NCBI GenBank assembly: GCA_022601535.1
Contig: JAJACK010000001.1
Span: 569,803-633,802 of the forward strand
Reading direction: 5' to 3'
DNA from: Chlamydiales bacterium
Lineage (GTDB): Bacteria; Chlamydiota; Chlamydiia; Chlamydiales; JAAKFR01
Length of the DNA stretch: 64,000 bases
The notes beneath the pieces are model-generated. The model was given only the letters and a program-made list of their open reading frames with translations. It did not search any database and was not told where the DNA came from. The stretch's first letter is position 1, and every line of letters begins with the position of its first letter. Both the position numbers and the translations under genes were made by a program. Positions 1 through 9,426 of this stretch are shown one piece after another.

Positions 1-69
1 CAGACCGATCAACATGATCACAATCATAATTTCGATAAGGGTGACAGAACGTTTTTTCTTTTTTTCCAT
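1..69 (-). CDS. gspG: Type II secretion pseudopilin (GspG-like), first 23 codons only; the gene runs off the left edge
   Basis: Minus-strand ATG at 67-69, with AGGAGG (76-81, reverse complement) upstream. Translation is MEKKKKRSVTLIEIMIVIMLIGL: a basic leader followed by a prepilin-type TLIE hydrophobic N-terminus. It starts 2 nt after the gspF stop. Confidence 0.65.
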   Translation of the reverse strand, partial: MEKKKKRSVTLIEIMIVIMLIGL

Positions 70-71
70 TT

Positions 72-1265
72 TTATCCTCCTATAAATGCACTCACATCCG
101 TCAGCGGAAGGAGTACAGCCATCATAATAATTCCAACAATTCCACCCATCACAAGCAAGATCACTGGCTGAGCCATTGCTGTGATACGGGTGAGTGTTTT
201 TTCTACTTCTTCTTCGTAGAGGTCTGCTACTTTTTCAAGCATAAGAGCCATCTTTCCACTCTCCTCTCCAATTGCAAGCATCCGCCCTACAAGGGGGGGG
301 AAGAAGTGTGATTTTTTGACCTCAGAACTGAGGAGACTTCCCTCGACAATCCGTTTTTCCGCCTCTTTAATCTCTGCTGTTAGGATGGGAGAGCGAAGTG
401 TTCCCCTTGCAATTTGCAATGCGTGGATGATTGAAACACCTCCTGTAAGCATCGTTCCCATCGTCCGTGTAAAGCGGGCAACATCTTTTTGAATGATCAC
501 ACTTCGAATCAGAGGGAGCTTGAGAGTAAGACGGTGGGAAAAGAGGCGGACATCCTCTCTTTTATAGCTAAAATAGATCGAGGAGACCACTCCTCCTATC
601 AGGGGGAGGTAGAGATAGGGGTAGCGAGTAGTGAAGTGACTTATTCCGATCACAAGGCGTGTAAAGCTGTTTACTTCTCGGTCGGCAAAGAGCATTTCCA
701 AAGAGGGAACAACAAAAGTGAAGAGAAGTAAGATGAGAGCAAAAGAGAAAGCTGTAAGTAAAAGAGGATAGATAAGAGCTGTAACAAGCTGTTTCTTGAG
801 CTTATTTTGTTTGGAAAGAAGTGTTGTTAGCTTTTCAAGTTGGAGATTGAGTGAGCCTGCCGACTCTCCAGCATGTACCATTGCACAGAAAAGAGAAGAG
901 AATGTTGTAGGGAATGCTTCTAAAGCTGTTGAGAGAGGAGCGCCGCTTTTGATCTGTTCACTCAGCGAAAGAAGGAGGGGGTAGGAAGACTCTTTCCGGC
1001 TCTCTTCTGCAATCGAAAGGAGACTTTCGTAAAGGGGCATTCCAGCCGATAGAAGGTTGGAAAGTTGAGAGGTGAAGGTGATTAGAGCTTCTCCTTTCAA
1101 GCCGATTGTTTTTTTCTGGAAGAAAAACTTTTTCTCTTTAAGAGAGATAACAACAACACCTTGCTGTTTCAGCTGATCTTTTGCCTCTTGCAGATTTAAT
1201 GCTTTGAGCTCCCCTTTCTTACGTTCTCCAGTTGGTGAAATGGCTCGGTAGCTAAATGCAGACAT
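72..1265 (-). CDS. gspF: Type II secretion inner-membrane platform protein GspF
   Basis: 397-aa ORF with the duplicated GspF/PilC architecture (cytoplasmic helical domains alternating with 3 TM segments). It lies immediately downstream of gspE with a 1-nt overlap. Confidence 0.88.
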   Translation of the reverse strand: MSAFSYRAISPTGERKKGELKALNLQEAKDQLKQQGVVVISLKEKKFFFQKKTIGLKGEALITFTSQLSNLLSAGMPLYESLLSIAEESRKESSYPLLLSLSEQIKSGAPLSTALEAFPTTFSSLFCAMVHAGESAGSLNLQLEKLTTLLSKQNKLKKQLVTALIYPLLLTAFSFALILLLFTFVVPSLEMLFADREVNSFTRLVIGISHFTTRYPYLYLPLIGGVVSSIYFSYKREDVRLFSHRLTLKLPLIRSVIIQKDVARFTRTMGTMLTGGVSIIHALQIARGTLRSPILTAEIKEAEKRIVEGSLLSSEVKKSHFFPPLVGRMLAIGEESGKMALMLEKVADLYEEEVEKTLTRITAMAQPVILLVMGGIVGIIMMAVLLPLTDVSAFIGG

Positions 1266-2821
1266 TAGAGAACCTCTCTTGAAGCGACACGTAAAACCTC
1301 TGCAATGGTAGTGATCCCTGCTTTGAGAAGATGCCGCCCATGTTCTAGGAGTGAAATATACCCCTCTTCCCGCGCTTTTTTCCCAATCGAATGGCTGTCT
1401 GCTTTTTGGGCGATAATAGATTGGAGATTGGAGGTGACAGGCATCAATTCATAGATCCCATGTCGCCCTTTATATCCAGAATTGTAACACTCTTTGCACC
1501 CTCTTCCTTGGTAAAGAACATTTCCATTGAGTTCACTTCGATTCAATCCAACACTTTGAAGCTGCTCATCACTAGGAGTGTAATGGTCTCGACAGTGAGG
1601 ACAAATCTGCCTGACAAGCCGTTGGGCTAACACTCCAACAATTGTGGAGGAGAGGAGATAAGGTTCCACTCCCATATCGATTAATCGGGGGAGTGCTGAG
1701 GGGGCATCATTTGTGTGAAGCGTACTCATGACGAGATGACCGGTTAGAGCAGCTTGGATCGCAATTTCGGCAGTCTCTCCATCACGGATCTCCCCAACCA
1801 TGACGATATCGGGATCTTGTCTAAGGATGTGTCGAAGACCAGATGCAAAGGTGAGGCCAATTTTAGGACGGACAGCAATTTGTGCAATCCCTTGAAGTTT
1901 ATACTCGACCGGATCTTCGATCGTCATGATATTGGTCTCTTCTGAATAGATCTCCCAAAGAGCGCTATGGAGTGTGGTTGTTTTTCCACTCCCCGTTGGT
2001 CCTGTAACCAACACAATTCCTTCAGGTAATTTGATCAATTTACGAAATTGATCGAGCATCGAAGGGAGCATCCCCAGCTTGTCTAGCCCTAAGATTACAT
2101 TCCGTTTATCCAAGATTCGCATCACAATCCGTTCACCATGAGAGACAGGAGCGGTACTCACACGGAAATCGATCTCTTGCCCGCCCATGTGGAGTTTGAT
2201 CCGCCCATCTTGAGGGAGTCGATGTTCAGCAATATCGAGTTTAGCAAGCACTTTGATTCGTGTTAAAAGTTGTGTTTGGTATTCGAGAGCAGGAAAATGT
2301 CTAGGTTGCAAAACACCATCGATTCGATACCGTACTTTTAGATCATTTTCAAAAGGTTCAAAGTGAATATCTGAAGCGCCTTGGCTAATTGCTTCTGTCA
2401 AAATCAAATTGAGCATCTGGATGATTGGAGCCTCTTCTTTTGTTTCCAAAAGATCGTAGGTCTCCATCTCTTCTTCTCGTTTTTTCTCCCCATTTCCATC
2501 GACGAGATTGGCGAGAAATTTAGATGCCGCTCCCTCTTTTTGGTGGTAGTTTTCGTTGATTGCAATTTGGATCTGCTCGGCAGGAGCAACAACAGTGATA
2601 ATCTCTTTGTCGAGCATCAGACGAAGTTCATCAATCGCATTGAGATTGAGCGGATCGGCGATAGCAATCGTAACACTTTTTTCATTCTCATCGATCGGAG
2701 TGAGGAGGTGGGCTTTAGAAAAAGAGTAGGGGATACGCTCAGCAGCCGCTCCAGAAGGGCGATAGGAGGGGAGAGAAGTGACATAGGTCATTCCAAATTG
2801 ACCTGCAAGTTCTTGACTCAT
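1265..2821 (-). CDS. gspE: Type II secretion ATPase GspE
   Basis: 518 aa. Walker A GPTGSGKTT, Asp/His boxes and a C-terminal tetracysteine (CPHC...CKEC) typical of GspE/PilB ATPases. Confidence 0.95.
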   Translation of the reverse strand: MSQELAGQFGMTYVTSLPSYRPSGAAAERIPYSFSKAHLLTPIDENEKSVTIAIADPLNLNAIDELRLMLDKEIITVVAPAEQIQIAINENYHQKEGAASKFLANLVDGNGEKKREEEMETYDLLETKEEAPIIQMLNLILTEAISQGASDIHFEPFENDLKVRYRIDGVLQPRHFPALEYQTQLLTRIKVLAKLDIAEHRLPQDGRIKLHMGGQEIDFRVSTAPVSHGERIVMRILDKRNVILGLDKLGMLPSMLDQFRKLIKLPEGIVLVTGPTGSGKTTTLHSALWEIYSEETNIMTIEDPVEYKLQGIAQIAVRPKIGLTFASGLRHILRQDPDIVMVGEIRDGETAEIAIQAALTGHLVMSTLHTNDAPSALPRLIDMGVEPYLLSSTIVGVLAQRLVRQICPHCRDHYTPSDEQLQSVGLNRSELNGNVLYQGRGCKECYNSGYKGRHGIYELMPVTSNLQSIIAQKADSHSIGKKAREEGYISLLEHGRHLLKAGITTIAEVLRVASREVL

Positions 2822-2824
2822 AAG

Positions 2825-5116
2825 TTACCTACCGTCGTATTCTCCTTGATGTTTTCTCGATGCTGAGACAGAGCCCTCTGTCCTTCCAAAAAGAGCTGTC
2901 AAACTCCCTTGGAAGAGCCGTTTTTTTTCTCGTGCTTTAGCTTCGAGGAGTTCATGAAGAAATTCAGGAACATCTCCAGGCCGTTTTTTCAACTCTTCTT
3001 TTTTCAGCCTCTGAGCATCTTCTATTGGGTCATCGATAATTTTTGGAGTGATAAAGACAAACATCTCCGTACTATTATCACCCCGCTTTGTCGTCGAAAA
3101 TAGTTTTCCAACACCGGGGATCTCCCCCAAGAAAGGGAGACTATCTTTACTATCTTGGGTATTTTTTCGTCGTAGTCCCCCCAAAATCACCGTCTCCCCA
3201 TCAGCGATCCGGACATGGTTTTTGATATGACGCCTTGTCACATCAGGCCGATCTGCTTGGTTTTTATTTGTCGTATCAAAGGTGATATCGGTATCGAGAG
3301 TAATGCAGCATATCTCCCCTTCCTCTCCCTCTTCCATGTTGATTGTCGGAGTGATTTCCATCACAATTCCGTATTGGGCACGGTCGTAAAGAGATTGCTT
3401 CTTCTCATTTGCTCCCGCATCGATCGAAATTTCTTCTACGATGGCAATCGTTGCTGGAGTTTGATTCATTGTTGTCACAGAAGGACTTGCATTTATTTGA
3501 ACATCTTCTTGGGAGACCAAAAACTGGTAGGCAGCATCGTAGGCAGGGATGCCACTATCAGTTTTTTTCCGGCTGACGAAAAAATCTAAAATTCCCGAAG
3601 CACCAGATGTGGCTCCTCCAAAAGCGAGCCCCATCTTATTTTTAGATACCGCTTCAGAGCCGAGGCGGAGTAAATTGAGGCCAAAATTGTTGTTGTTGCT
3701 CATTTTCTTTTCGAAAAGAAGCACTTCGATCTGTACCATTTTCTTGGGAACATCGAGCTTTTTGAGCAGTTCTTTGATTTTTGGGAGTGCCTCTTGCTCT
3801 ACAACCATGATGATCGCTCCTGTCTTTGGATCGACAACAAAGTTGTTTTGCCCATCAGCAGTTTTGTGAGATGAGCTCTTTTTTTCTCCTGGCTTTACAC
3901 CTTTTGTGGAGACGGCCAGTTGCTTCTCTTTCGCCACTTCTTCGATTTTTGAATTTTTAACCGGAGAGGCTTGGCCAGTTAAAAGGTCGTAGACGCGGGC
4001 AAGGACTGTTGCAAGCTCTTCAGCATCGGAGTGTTTTGTCGAATACCAAAAGACAGTTTTTTCTTGTGGATCTTCAACAGTGCTCTCAACATCGTGGATC
4101 AATTTGGTTGCTTTTTGAACTTCATCACGGGTTCCAGAGAGGAAAAGAGATTGAGAAAGCGATTCTAAAGGGATCACTCTCAACATAGATCCTTCATAGG
4201 TTTCCCCACTTCCTCCATTAAAAGCTGTGTTTAAGATGGTCTCCATTTCTTTCGCATCTACTTTACTCAAAGAGATAACTTGTGACTCTTGCAATCCTTC
4301 CCCATCTTTGACAAAAGAGTAGAGCTTCATCAGCTCTTGGATTGCACTGACAGGGGCAGTGATAAAAACCTTCCCTGCAATCATATCGATCGATGTTGTC
4401 GATAAATTGCAAAAACGTTGTAACAGCGAAAGGGTTGAACGAGGATCGGTCGATTTCGGCGTCAAGATGTAGCAGACACGCGCGCTCACTGGGAGAACAT
4501 CAAGGTCGCTTTGCTTGTCGGTGATCATCTTGATTGAGGAGAGATCATTTTGGTAGAAATAGAGCTCTTTTAGATAGGGATTGAGTTGTTTAACCCCTAC
4601 ACCATACTGGGCGAGAAGAAGCTCTAAACACTCACTCCACGACTCCCGGGGGATGGGAAGATTTGATTGGAGGCTTGTTCTTAGAGAGCCAATTTCAGGG
4701 GGGACAAAATAGACATGCTCTATTGAACCATAATCCATTACAAGTTGAAAAAGCGTTGTATCGGGTTGGTGCCACAGCGCATACTCATCAGCCTGCCCCA
4801 TACTAGATGCCTCTTTTCTCCACATCTCTTGAATCTCATCGATTTCAGCACGGAGAAGTTTAATCTGTTCGATCAATGGGCGGTACTCTGTCTCTTCTGC
4901 TTTGGTTTGGTAGAGGTGGGCGACTCTCTCAGAAAGAGAGCGAAGTTCAAACTGTTTTTCTTCCAATGTCTCATTGACAAGGCGGAGCTCTTCAAATACC
5001 TCTCCAGAGTATTCTGTTGTGTGCTTGGCAAAGCTCTCTTTTTTCTCTGCAATTGTTTGCCCAAAAAGAGAAGCAGAGAGGAGGTAGGGGAATAAAACTA
5101 AATATTTTTTCATCAA
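2825..5116 (-). CDS. gspD: Type II secretion secretin GspD
   Basis: 763 aa with a signal peptide (MMKKYLVLFPYLLSASLFG). C-terminal secretin core motifs are present (VILGGL...PFLGEIPGVGKLF...TEMFVFITPKII). Confidence 0.9.
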   Translation of the reverse strand: MMKKYLVLFPYLLSASLFGQTIAEKKESFAKHTTEYSGEVFEELRLVNETLEEKQFELRSLSERVAHLYQTKAEETEYRPLIEQIKLLRAEIDEIQEMWRKEASSMGQADEYALWHQPDTTLFQLVMDYGSIEHVYFVPPEIGSLRTSLQSNLPIPRESWSECLELLLAQYGVGVKQLNPYLKELYFYQNDLSSIKMITDKQSDLDVLPVSARVCYILTPKSTDPRSTLSLLQRFCNLSTTSIDMIAGKVFITAPVSAIQELMKLYSFVKDGEGLQESQVISLSKVDAKEMETILNTAFNGGSGETYEGSMLRVIPLESLSQSLFLSGTRDEVQKATKLIHDVESTVEDPQEKTVFWYSTKHSDAEELATVLARVYDLLTGQASPVKNSKIEEVAKEKQLAVSTKGVKPGEKKSSSHKTADGQNNFVVDPKTGAIIMVVEQEALPKIKELLKKLDVPKKMVQIEVLLFEKKMSNNNNFGLNLLRLGSEAVSKNKMGLAFGGATSGASGILDFFVSRKKTDSGIPAYDAAYQFLVSQEDVQINASPSVTTMNQTPATIAIVEEISIDAGANEKKQSLYDRAQYGIVMEITPTINMEEGEEGEICCITLDTDITFDTTNKNQADRPDVTRRHIKNHVRIADGETVILGGLRRKNTQDSKDSLPFLGEIPGVGKLFSTTKRGDNSTEMFVFITPKIIDDPIEDAQRLKKEELKKRPGDVPEFLHELLEAKAREKKRLFQGSLTALFGRTEGSVSASRKHQGEYDGR

Positions 5117-6456
5117 TCATCACCATTCATCGAATCGGATTTAAAATAAGAAGGAATCGAGTTAGCGTAAGAAGCGTTCGATGTCGCGGTGAGTTCAATC
5201 GGTTGCATTTCTGTTCGAGAAGCATTAAATAGGTGACCGACAAGCAGTTGTTTGCCACCCTGTTTGTTCATCTTGTCTAAGACAAGGAGAGGACCTATGA
5301 TTTTTTGATTCACATAGTCATCAATTTTTTCAGGAGAATCGAGTTTAACCCATCCATCGCCGGTCAAGACGAGCCAGTCGTGAGGCTTGAGGATGAAACG
5401 TTCCCCTCCACTTTCCACAATAAATTGAGCCCAAGTCTTTGCTCCGACAAAACGGAATTCTTGCTCTAGATCAGGGATCCCTCCTAAATCTCGAGCGCGG
5501 ATTAGATTCAAAGAGTGTTTATTTTTCCCCTCCCGATCCCAAAGCTCAAAAGCAATCACCTTTGGATCGATTTTTTTAACGACCAAAAGAGGGTAATCCA
5601 ATGTTGTCTCTTCAGAAGAAGGCGCTTTCCATCGTCCATCTTTCCAAATCAAAGCATCCCCTGCTTTGACAAAACAGCTGTAGATCTCTTCATCTTGTAA
5701 AAAATCGATACGATGGTGTTTTTTGAGAGGAGCAAACTCCTCTCCCCCATGTAAATCCAAGAATTGATCAACCCCGATCCAACGCGCTTTTTGCCGGATC
5801 AAAAGAGTAGAATCTACACGGTGTCCTCCAAGCTCCCACCCATTCCGCTCTTTTGGAAGGGGGGTGGCAAATAGTGTAAACGTCTGATTTTCTTTGGGTT
5901 TAGAGACTAAATCTCCATTTTCATCGAGCATGTGAACACGGACTTCAAGCTTTCGGCCTCCCTCTTGAGGGAACATCTCAAGCCAGAGGGGAGCAGAGTG
6001 GTCAGTATGAACATACCGCCCCATAGAGTGAGGATGCCCATTAAAAGTTGCATTTTGTGGAAAATTGCCTTGAGAGGAAGATGCTTCTCCTTGGTAAGAG
6101 AGGTAGAAAGGGCTCCCTTCTTTGACAGGAAAAATTTCATCATTCCCCGCAGTAGAGAGGTGGAAAATCGGCTTCGAAGAGGAGAAATCAGGTCTCTGAG
6201 AAAGGCCGTGGTAGATCACTTCGCTGTGAAGGTTCGGAAGGAGCATATGAGGAGCGACCCAACTTAAGGCAAAAGGACCTTTATCCAACTCAACCTCCCC
6301 CTCTATTTGGAACGGGTTGTCTGGGAAGGAGCTATCCTCTACAAGGGGGGCAAAATCGGCAATAGGGGCGTCTTTATTGACGTAAAACCCAATGCCCAAG
6401 ATGGTTACCGCAAAAAGAGCGGCGATAGTTAAATTAATAAAAGGAATTAAACGCAT
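5113..6456 (-). CDS. Hypothetical membrane-anchored periplasmic protein, first gene of the gsp operon (possible GspC analogue)
   Basis: 447 aa with a single N-terminal TM (IPFINLTIAALFAVTILGIGFYV). It overlaps the gspD start by 4 nt. I recognised no family motif. Confidence 0.55.
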   Translation of the reverse strand: MRLIPFINLTIAALFAVTILGIGFYVNKDAPIADFAPLVEDSSFPDNPFQIEGEVELDKGPFALSWVAPHMLLPNLHSEVIYHGLSQRPDFSSSKPIFHLSTAGNDEIFPVKEGSPFYLSYQGEASSSQGNFPQNATFNGHPHSMGRYVHTDHSAPLWLEMFPQEGGRKLEVRVHMLDENGDLVSKPKENQTFTLFATPLPKERNGWELGGHRVDSTLLIRQKARWIGVDQFLDLHGGEEFAPLKKHHRIDFLQDEEIYSCFVKAGDALIWKDGRWKAPSSEETTLDYPLLVVKKIDPKVIAFELWDREGKNKHSLNLIRARDLGGIPDLEQEFRFVGAKTWAQFIVESGGERFILKPHDWLVLTGDGWVKLDSPEKIDDYVNQKIIGPLLVLDKMNKQGGKQLLVGHLFNASRTEMQPIELTATSNASYANSIPSYFKSDSMNGDD

Positions 6457-6623
6457 AACATTACTATTGGTTGCGGAAACAATAGCTTAATTTTCCTAAA
6501 AAAGCAATAAGAAAAGGTAAAATATAAGTAAATATTTAATTAAGACCGGGTCATTGTTGAAATTAATTAATAAATGACTTACAATTAATGATATAAATAT
6601 TAATTTAGAGGGGGAGTCATTAT

Positions 6624-7232
6624 ATGAACATAGGAGATCTACCAGGGGGAACAGCTCCTCCACTTCATCGCAAATCATCTGATATTGGTGTTAAAAAAGC
6701 GGACTCTTTTGAGACAGTCAAGAAGGTTGCATCGGTTGTTCTAGAAATTCTTGCTTGGGTGACACTTGTAAAGCCAATTTATCTTCTGTTTAAATGGCTG
6801 TTTTCTTCCCGCTCTACAGAGACATCTGAGAAGACCATCCCTTCCCCAGTACCTTCAACCAAGAAAGAAAATAGGGATACAACTCGCCTATTAGAAGGGG
6901 TTTCAAATTCTGAAGAGATGCCTCAATCTTCCCGCTCTACAGAGACATCTGAGAAGAGCACAGCTTCTCTAGCCAAGGAAGAAAAAGGAGAGGTCACTCG
7001 CCTATTAGAAGGGGTTTCATTCCCTAGGGAAATGTCTCAGGTTGAGCAAAAGGAGTGGGCGACTAAAATTGCCGCTGCTGGGCCTAGCTCAGAGATTCGG
7101 AACTATACATATGCACAGCTTGCAGAAGCGATTAAGAAAATGAAAGCAAAGGGTGTTCCCCCTTGCTTCAACAATCCTCGAGAGGTTCAGCATTTCTTAG
7201 GTCGTTTACACAGTGTGCTCAAAGAATTATAA
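6624..7232 (+). CDS. Hypothetical protein with one hydrophobic segment and an internal 41/38-aa tandem repeat
   Basis: ATG preceded by GAGGGGGAG. 202 aa. The repeat runs SSRSTETSEK...TRLLEGVS twice. An AT-rich region lies upstream. Confidence 0.6.
   Translation: MNIGDLPGGTAPPLHRKSSDIGVKKADSFETVKKVASVVLEILAWVTLVKPIYLLFKWLFSSRSTETSEKTIPSPVPSTKKENRDTTRLLEGVSNSEEMPQSSRSTETSEKSTASLAKEEKGEVTRLLEGVSFPREMSQVEQKEWATKIAAAGPSSEIRNYTYAQLAEAIKKMKAKGVPPCFNNPREVQHFLGRLHSVLKEL
6804..7040 (+). repeat. Intragenic tandem repeat, two units (6804-6926 and 6927-7040)
   Basis: A 31-nt perfect match (tcttcccgctctacagagacatctgagaaga) occurs at 6804 and 6927. A 24-nt match (actcgcctattagaaggggtttca) occurs at 6882 and 6996. 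A 9-nt indel lies between them. Confidence 0.9.
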
Positions 7233-7476
7233 TCTCATTTTTATAAACCTCCTATATTCTTGCAAACATTAGGATAGATGAAATGAAGAGGCTTGATCAC
7301 CTTGCCCATTTTCAAAAGAAGAGGGACTGTGGTGATTTGGGGGCATCGTCGGGTAGGCCAAGATACGTTTTCTACTAGAGTGGACTTCGAAGGAGACGAA
7401 TCTTCCGCTCGACTCCAACAGAAGCCGTTTTCACGACCTCTTGCAGATGTTTTAGTCATCGATGCTCAAGAGCTTC

Positions 7477-8304
7477 TTAGAGGGGAGCAAAGCTTTGGAT
7501 CAATCTGGTAAATGTTTTGAACCAGGTGAGCAGTTCGATGTCGAGCTGCCTGAGTAAGAGCCACCATCCAAGCCAGACAATCGCAATTCCCATAAAGGAT
7601 TTCAGTGAATAGAGCAAGAAGGTGACTTGGACTTGAGGTGCCATCCTATTTGCCACTCCCAAAAAGACATCCGAGAGTAGAATGATCAAGAGTGCTGGAG
7701 CTGAAAGTTGAAGGACGAGCTTGAGCACTAAGTTAGCCATATCAATCATAGAAACCCAGATCAGATGGTCTAGAGTGAAGAATTTGGGGCTTAAGAATTT
7801 GTTTGGTGGAATGATATGGTAGGAAGAGAAAAATGCTTCAAAAAAGAATAAAACCCCTCCCAGTGCATAAAAAATCACTGTCATAAGATCGGAAAAAAGG
7901 GTTCCCATAGGTGAGGTGGGAGAAGATGAATTGGGGTTTGTCACTTGTAAACTTTGTGCCCCTCTTTGATGGTCAATGATGGAACCTGCTGATTGAGCAA
8001 TAAAAAAGGGGATGGAGATCAAAAATGCGATCAAGACCCCAACAAAAACCTCTTTGATCATAAGGATCAGAAAGGCAAGGTCTAGTTTCACAGTACCTGG
8101 TGTAACCGACATCAAAAAAGGGAGAAAAAGAAGGGTGATCGCTGCGGCAAACCCTATCCTTGCACTATCTGGCACCACTTTTCCTCCGAAAAATGGGCAA
8201 ATGCCGAAAATAGGAACAATGCGGCACATTCCTAAAAGGAAAATAACCCAAACCTCTGAGAGATTTCGGGAAAGAAGAAAAGAGAAATACGTTTCATGAA
8301 CCAC
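7477..8304 (-). CDS. sctT: T3SS export apparatus protein SctT (CdsT/YscT)
   Basis: 275-aa polytopic membrane protein, last gene of the sctR-S-T series. It has FliR/YscT-like composition and position. Confidence 0.82.
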   Translation of the reverse strand: MVHETYFSFLLSRNLSEVWVIFLLGMCRIVPIFGICPFFGGKVVPDSARIGFAAAITLLFLPFLMSVTPGTVKLDLAFLILMIKEVFVGVLIAFLISIPFFIAQSAGSIIDHQRGAQSLQVTNPNSSSPTSPMGTLFSDLMTVIFYALGGVLFFFEAFFSSYHIIPPNKFLSPKFFTLDHLIWVSMIDMANLVLKLVLQLSAPALLIILLSDVFLGVANRMAPQVQVTFLLYSLKSFMGIAIVWLGWWLLLRQLDIELLTWFKTFTRLIQSFAPL

Positions 8305-8311
8305 GACAAGA

Positions 8312-8599
8312 TTACATTGTTAACTTGTAAAAATTTTGGAAGATACCTGAGGCAAATTGATGGATCAACTGGCCTAACCACCCTCCCATAAACAGCACAG
8401 TTCCGATAACAGCGACCATTTTAACCGCAAAAGCGAAAGTTTGTTCTTGAATCTGCGTTGCAGATTGGATAATCGCGACAAAAAGACCGATGATAGAGGC
8501 GAGTGCAATTGGGGGAGCTGACATAATCAAAACCAAAAGCAACGCCTGGTAGGCGTACTCGAAGATGGCTGTTTTAAATGTTGTCGCAAGTATTTCCAT
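8312..8599 (-). CDS. sctS: T3SS export apparatus protein SctS (CdsS/YscS)
   Basis: 95-aa hairpin membrane protein with the FliQ/YscS-like motif (IIQSATQIQEQTFAFAVK). Confidence 0.9.
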   Translation of the reverse strand: MEILATTFKTAIFEYAYQALLLVLIMSAPPIALASIIGLFVAIIQSATQIQEQTFAFAVKMVAVIGTVLFMGGWLGQLIHQFASGIFQNFYKLTM

Positions 8600-9426
8600 T
8601 AATTATAACTCAATATTAGTCCTTCTACAATTACTGTCCATCCATTGACCATCACGATTAAGAGAAGCTTGAGAGGAAGTGAGATCGAAAGGGGTGAGAG
8701 CATCATCATTTGCATCGCAAGCAAAATATTTGAGGTGACAATGTCGATGACAAAAAATGGGAGATAGATCAATACGCCGATTTCGAAGGCCGATTTAATC
8801 TGTGAGATGATAAATGCAGGAATCACAATGATAAAGTCATTGGGGGTCAATGACGCTTTGATCTCATCGGGAAACGTTTTGTTCGCAATCTTCACAAAAC
8901 CATCGATATCTTTCTTATTCGCATTGCGGATCAAAAAATCGCGGAAGGGCTCTTTTGCTTCATTGACAAGCGTAAGAGCGACGACCGCTGAATTTGACGA
9001 TAAAAGTTGTGTTGGTAATTCTCCACGTAAAACGTGCTCTACTCTGTTATACATCTGCATACCAGTTGGATACATCACATAAATCGTGAGCATAAGAGCA
9101 ATACCATTCAACACTTGGTTTGGGGGAGTTTGTTGGGTTCCAAGAGCGCTACGGAGAAGAGCAAGTGTGATCACCATTTTCATAAACGAAGTGAGGAGCA
9201 TGATGATAAAAGGAGAGAGTGCGAGGAGAACTAAAACAACAGCTTGGCTCGTCAAGTCGGGGTAGCCACCTACCCCCTCTCCACCTGAGGGAGCTTGGAG
9301 AAGGTCATCTAGATCACCAACACTTTTCGATTGGGTTGTTTGAGGTGTTTCAATTGTAGCGGGAGCTTCCTCAGCAAATAGTGTAAGGGGGATAAGAAGG
9401 GCGAGTATGAGGAGAATTTTTCTCAT
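8599..9426 (-). CDS. sctR: T3SS export apparatus protein SctR (CdsR/YscR) with an N-terminal signal-peptide-like extension
   Basis: 275 aa with a FliP/YscR core (LRSALGTQQTPPNQVLNGIAL...) and 1-nt coupling to sctS. The N-terminal ~60 aa look like a cleavable leader plus linker. Confidence 0.9.
   Translation of the reverse strand: MRKILLILALLIPLTLFAEEAPATIETPQTTQSKSVGDLDDLLQAPSGGEGVGGYPDLTSQAVVLVLLALSPFIIMLLTSFMKMVITLALLRSALGTQQTPPNQVLNGIALMLTIYVMYPTGMQMYNRVEHVLRGELPTQLLSSNSAVVALTLVNEAKEPFRDFLIRNANKKDIDGFVKIANKTFPDEIKASLTPNDFIIVIPAFIISQIKSAFEIGVLIYLPFFVIDIVTSNILLAMQMMMLSPLSISLPLKLLLIVMVNGWTVIVEGLILSYN

Noticed and set aside
2381-2866. 161-aa plus-strand ORF
   Set aside because: Antisense to gspE.
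6496-6678. 60-aa minus-strand ORF in the AT-rich divergent region
   Set aside because: It is an artefact of AT-rich intergenic DNA (an Ile/Leu/Phe/Asn-rich product) and overlaps the better-supported plus-strand start at 6624.
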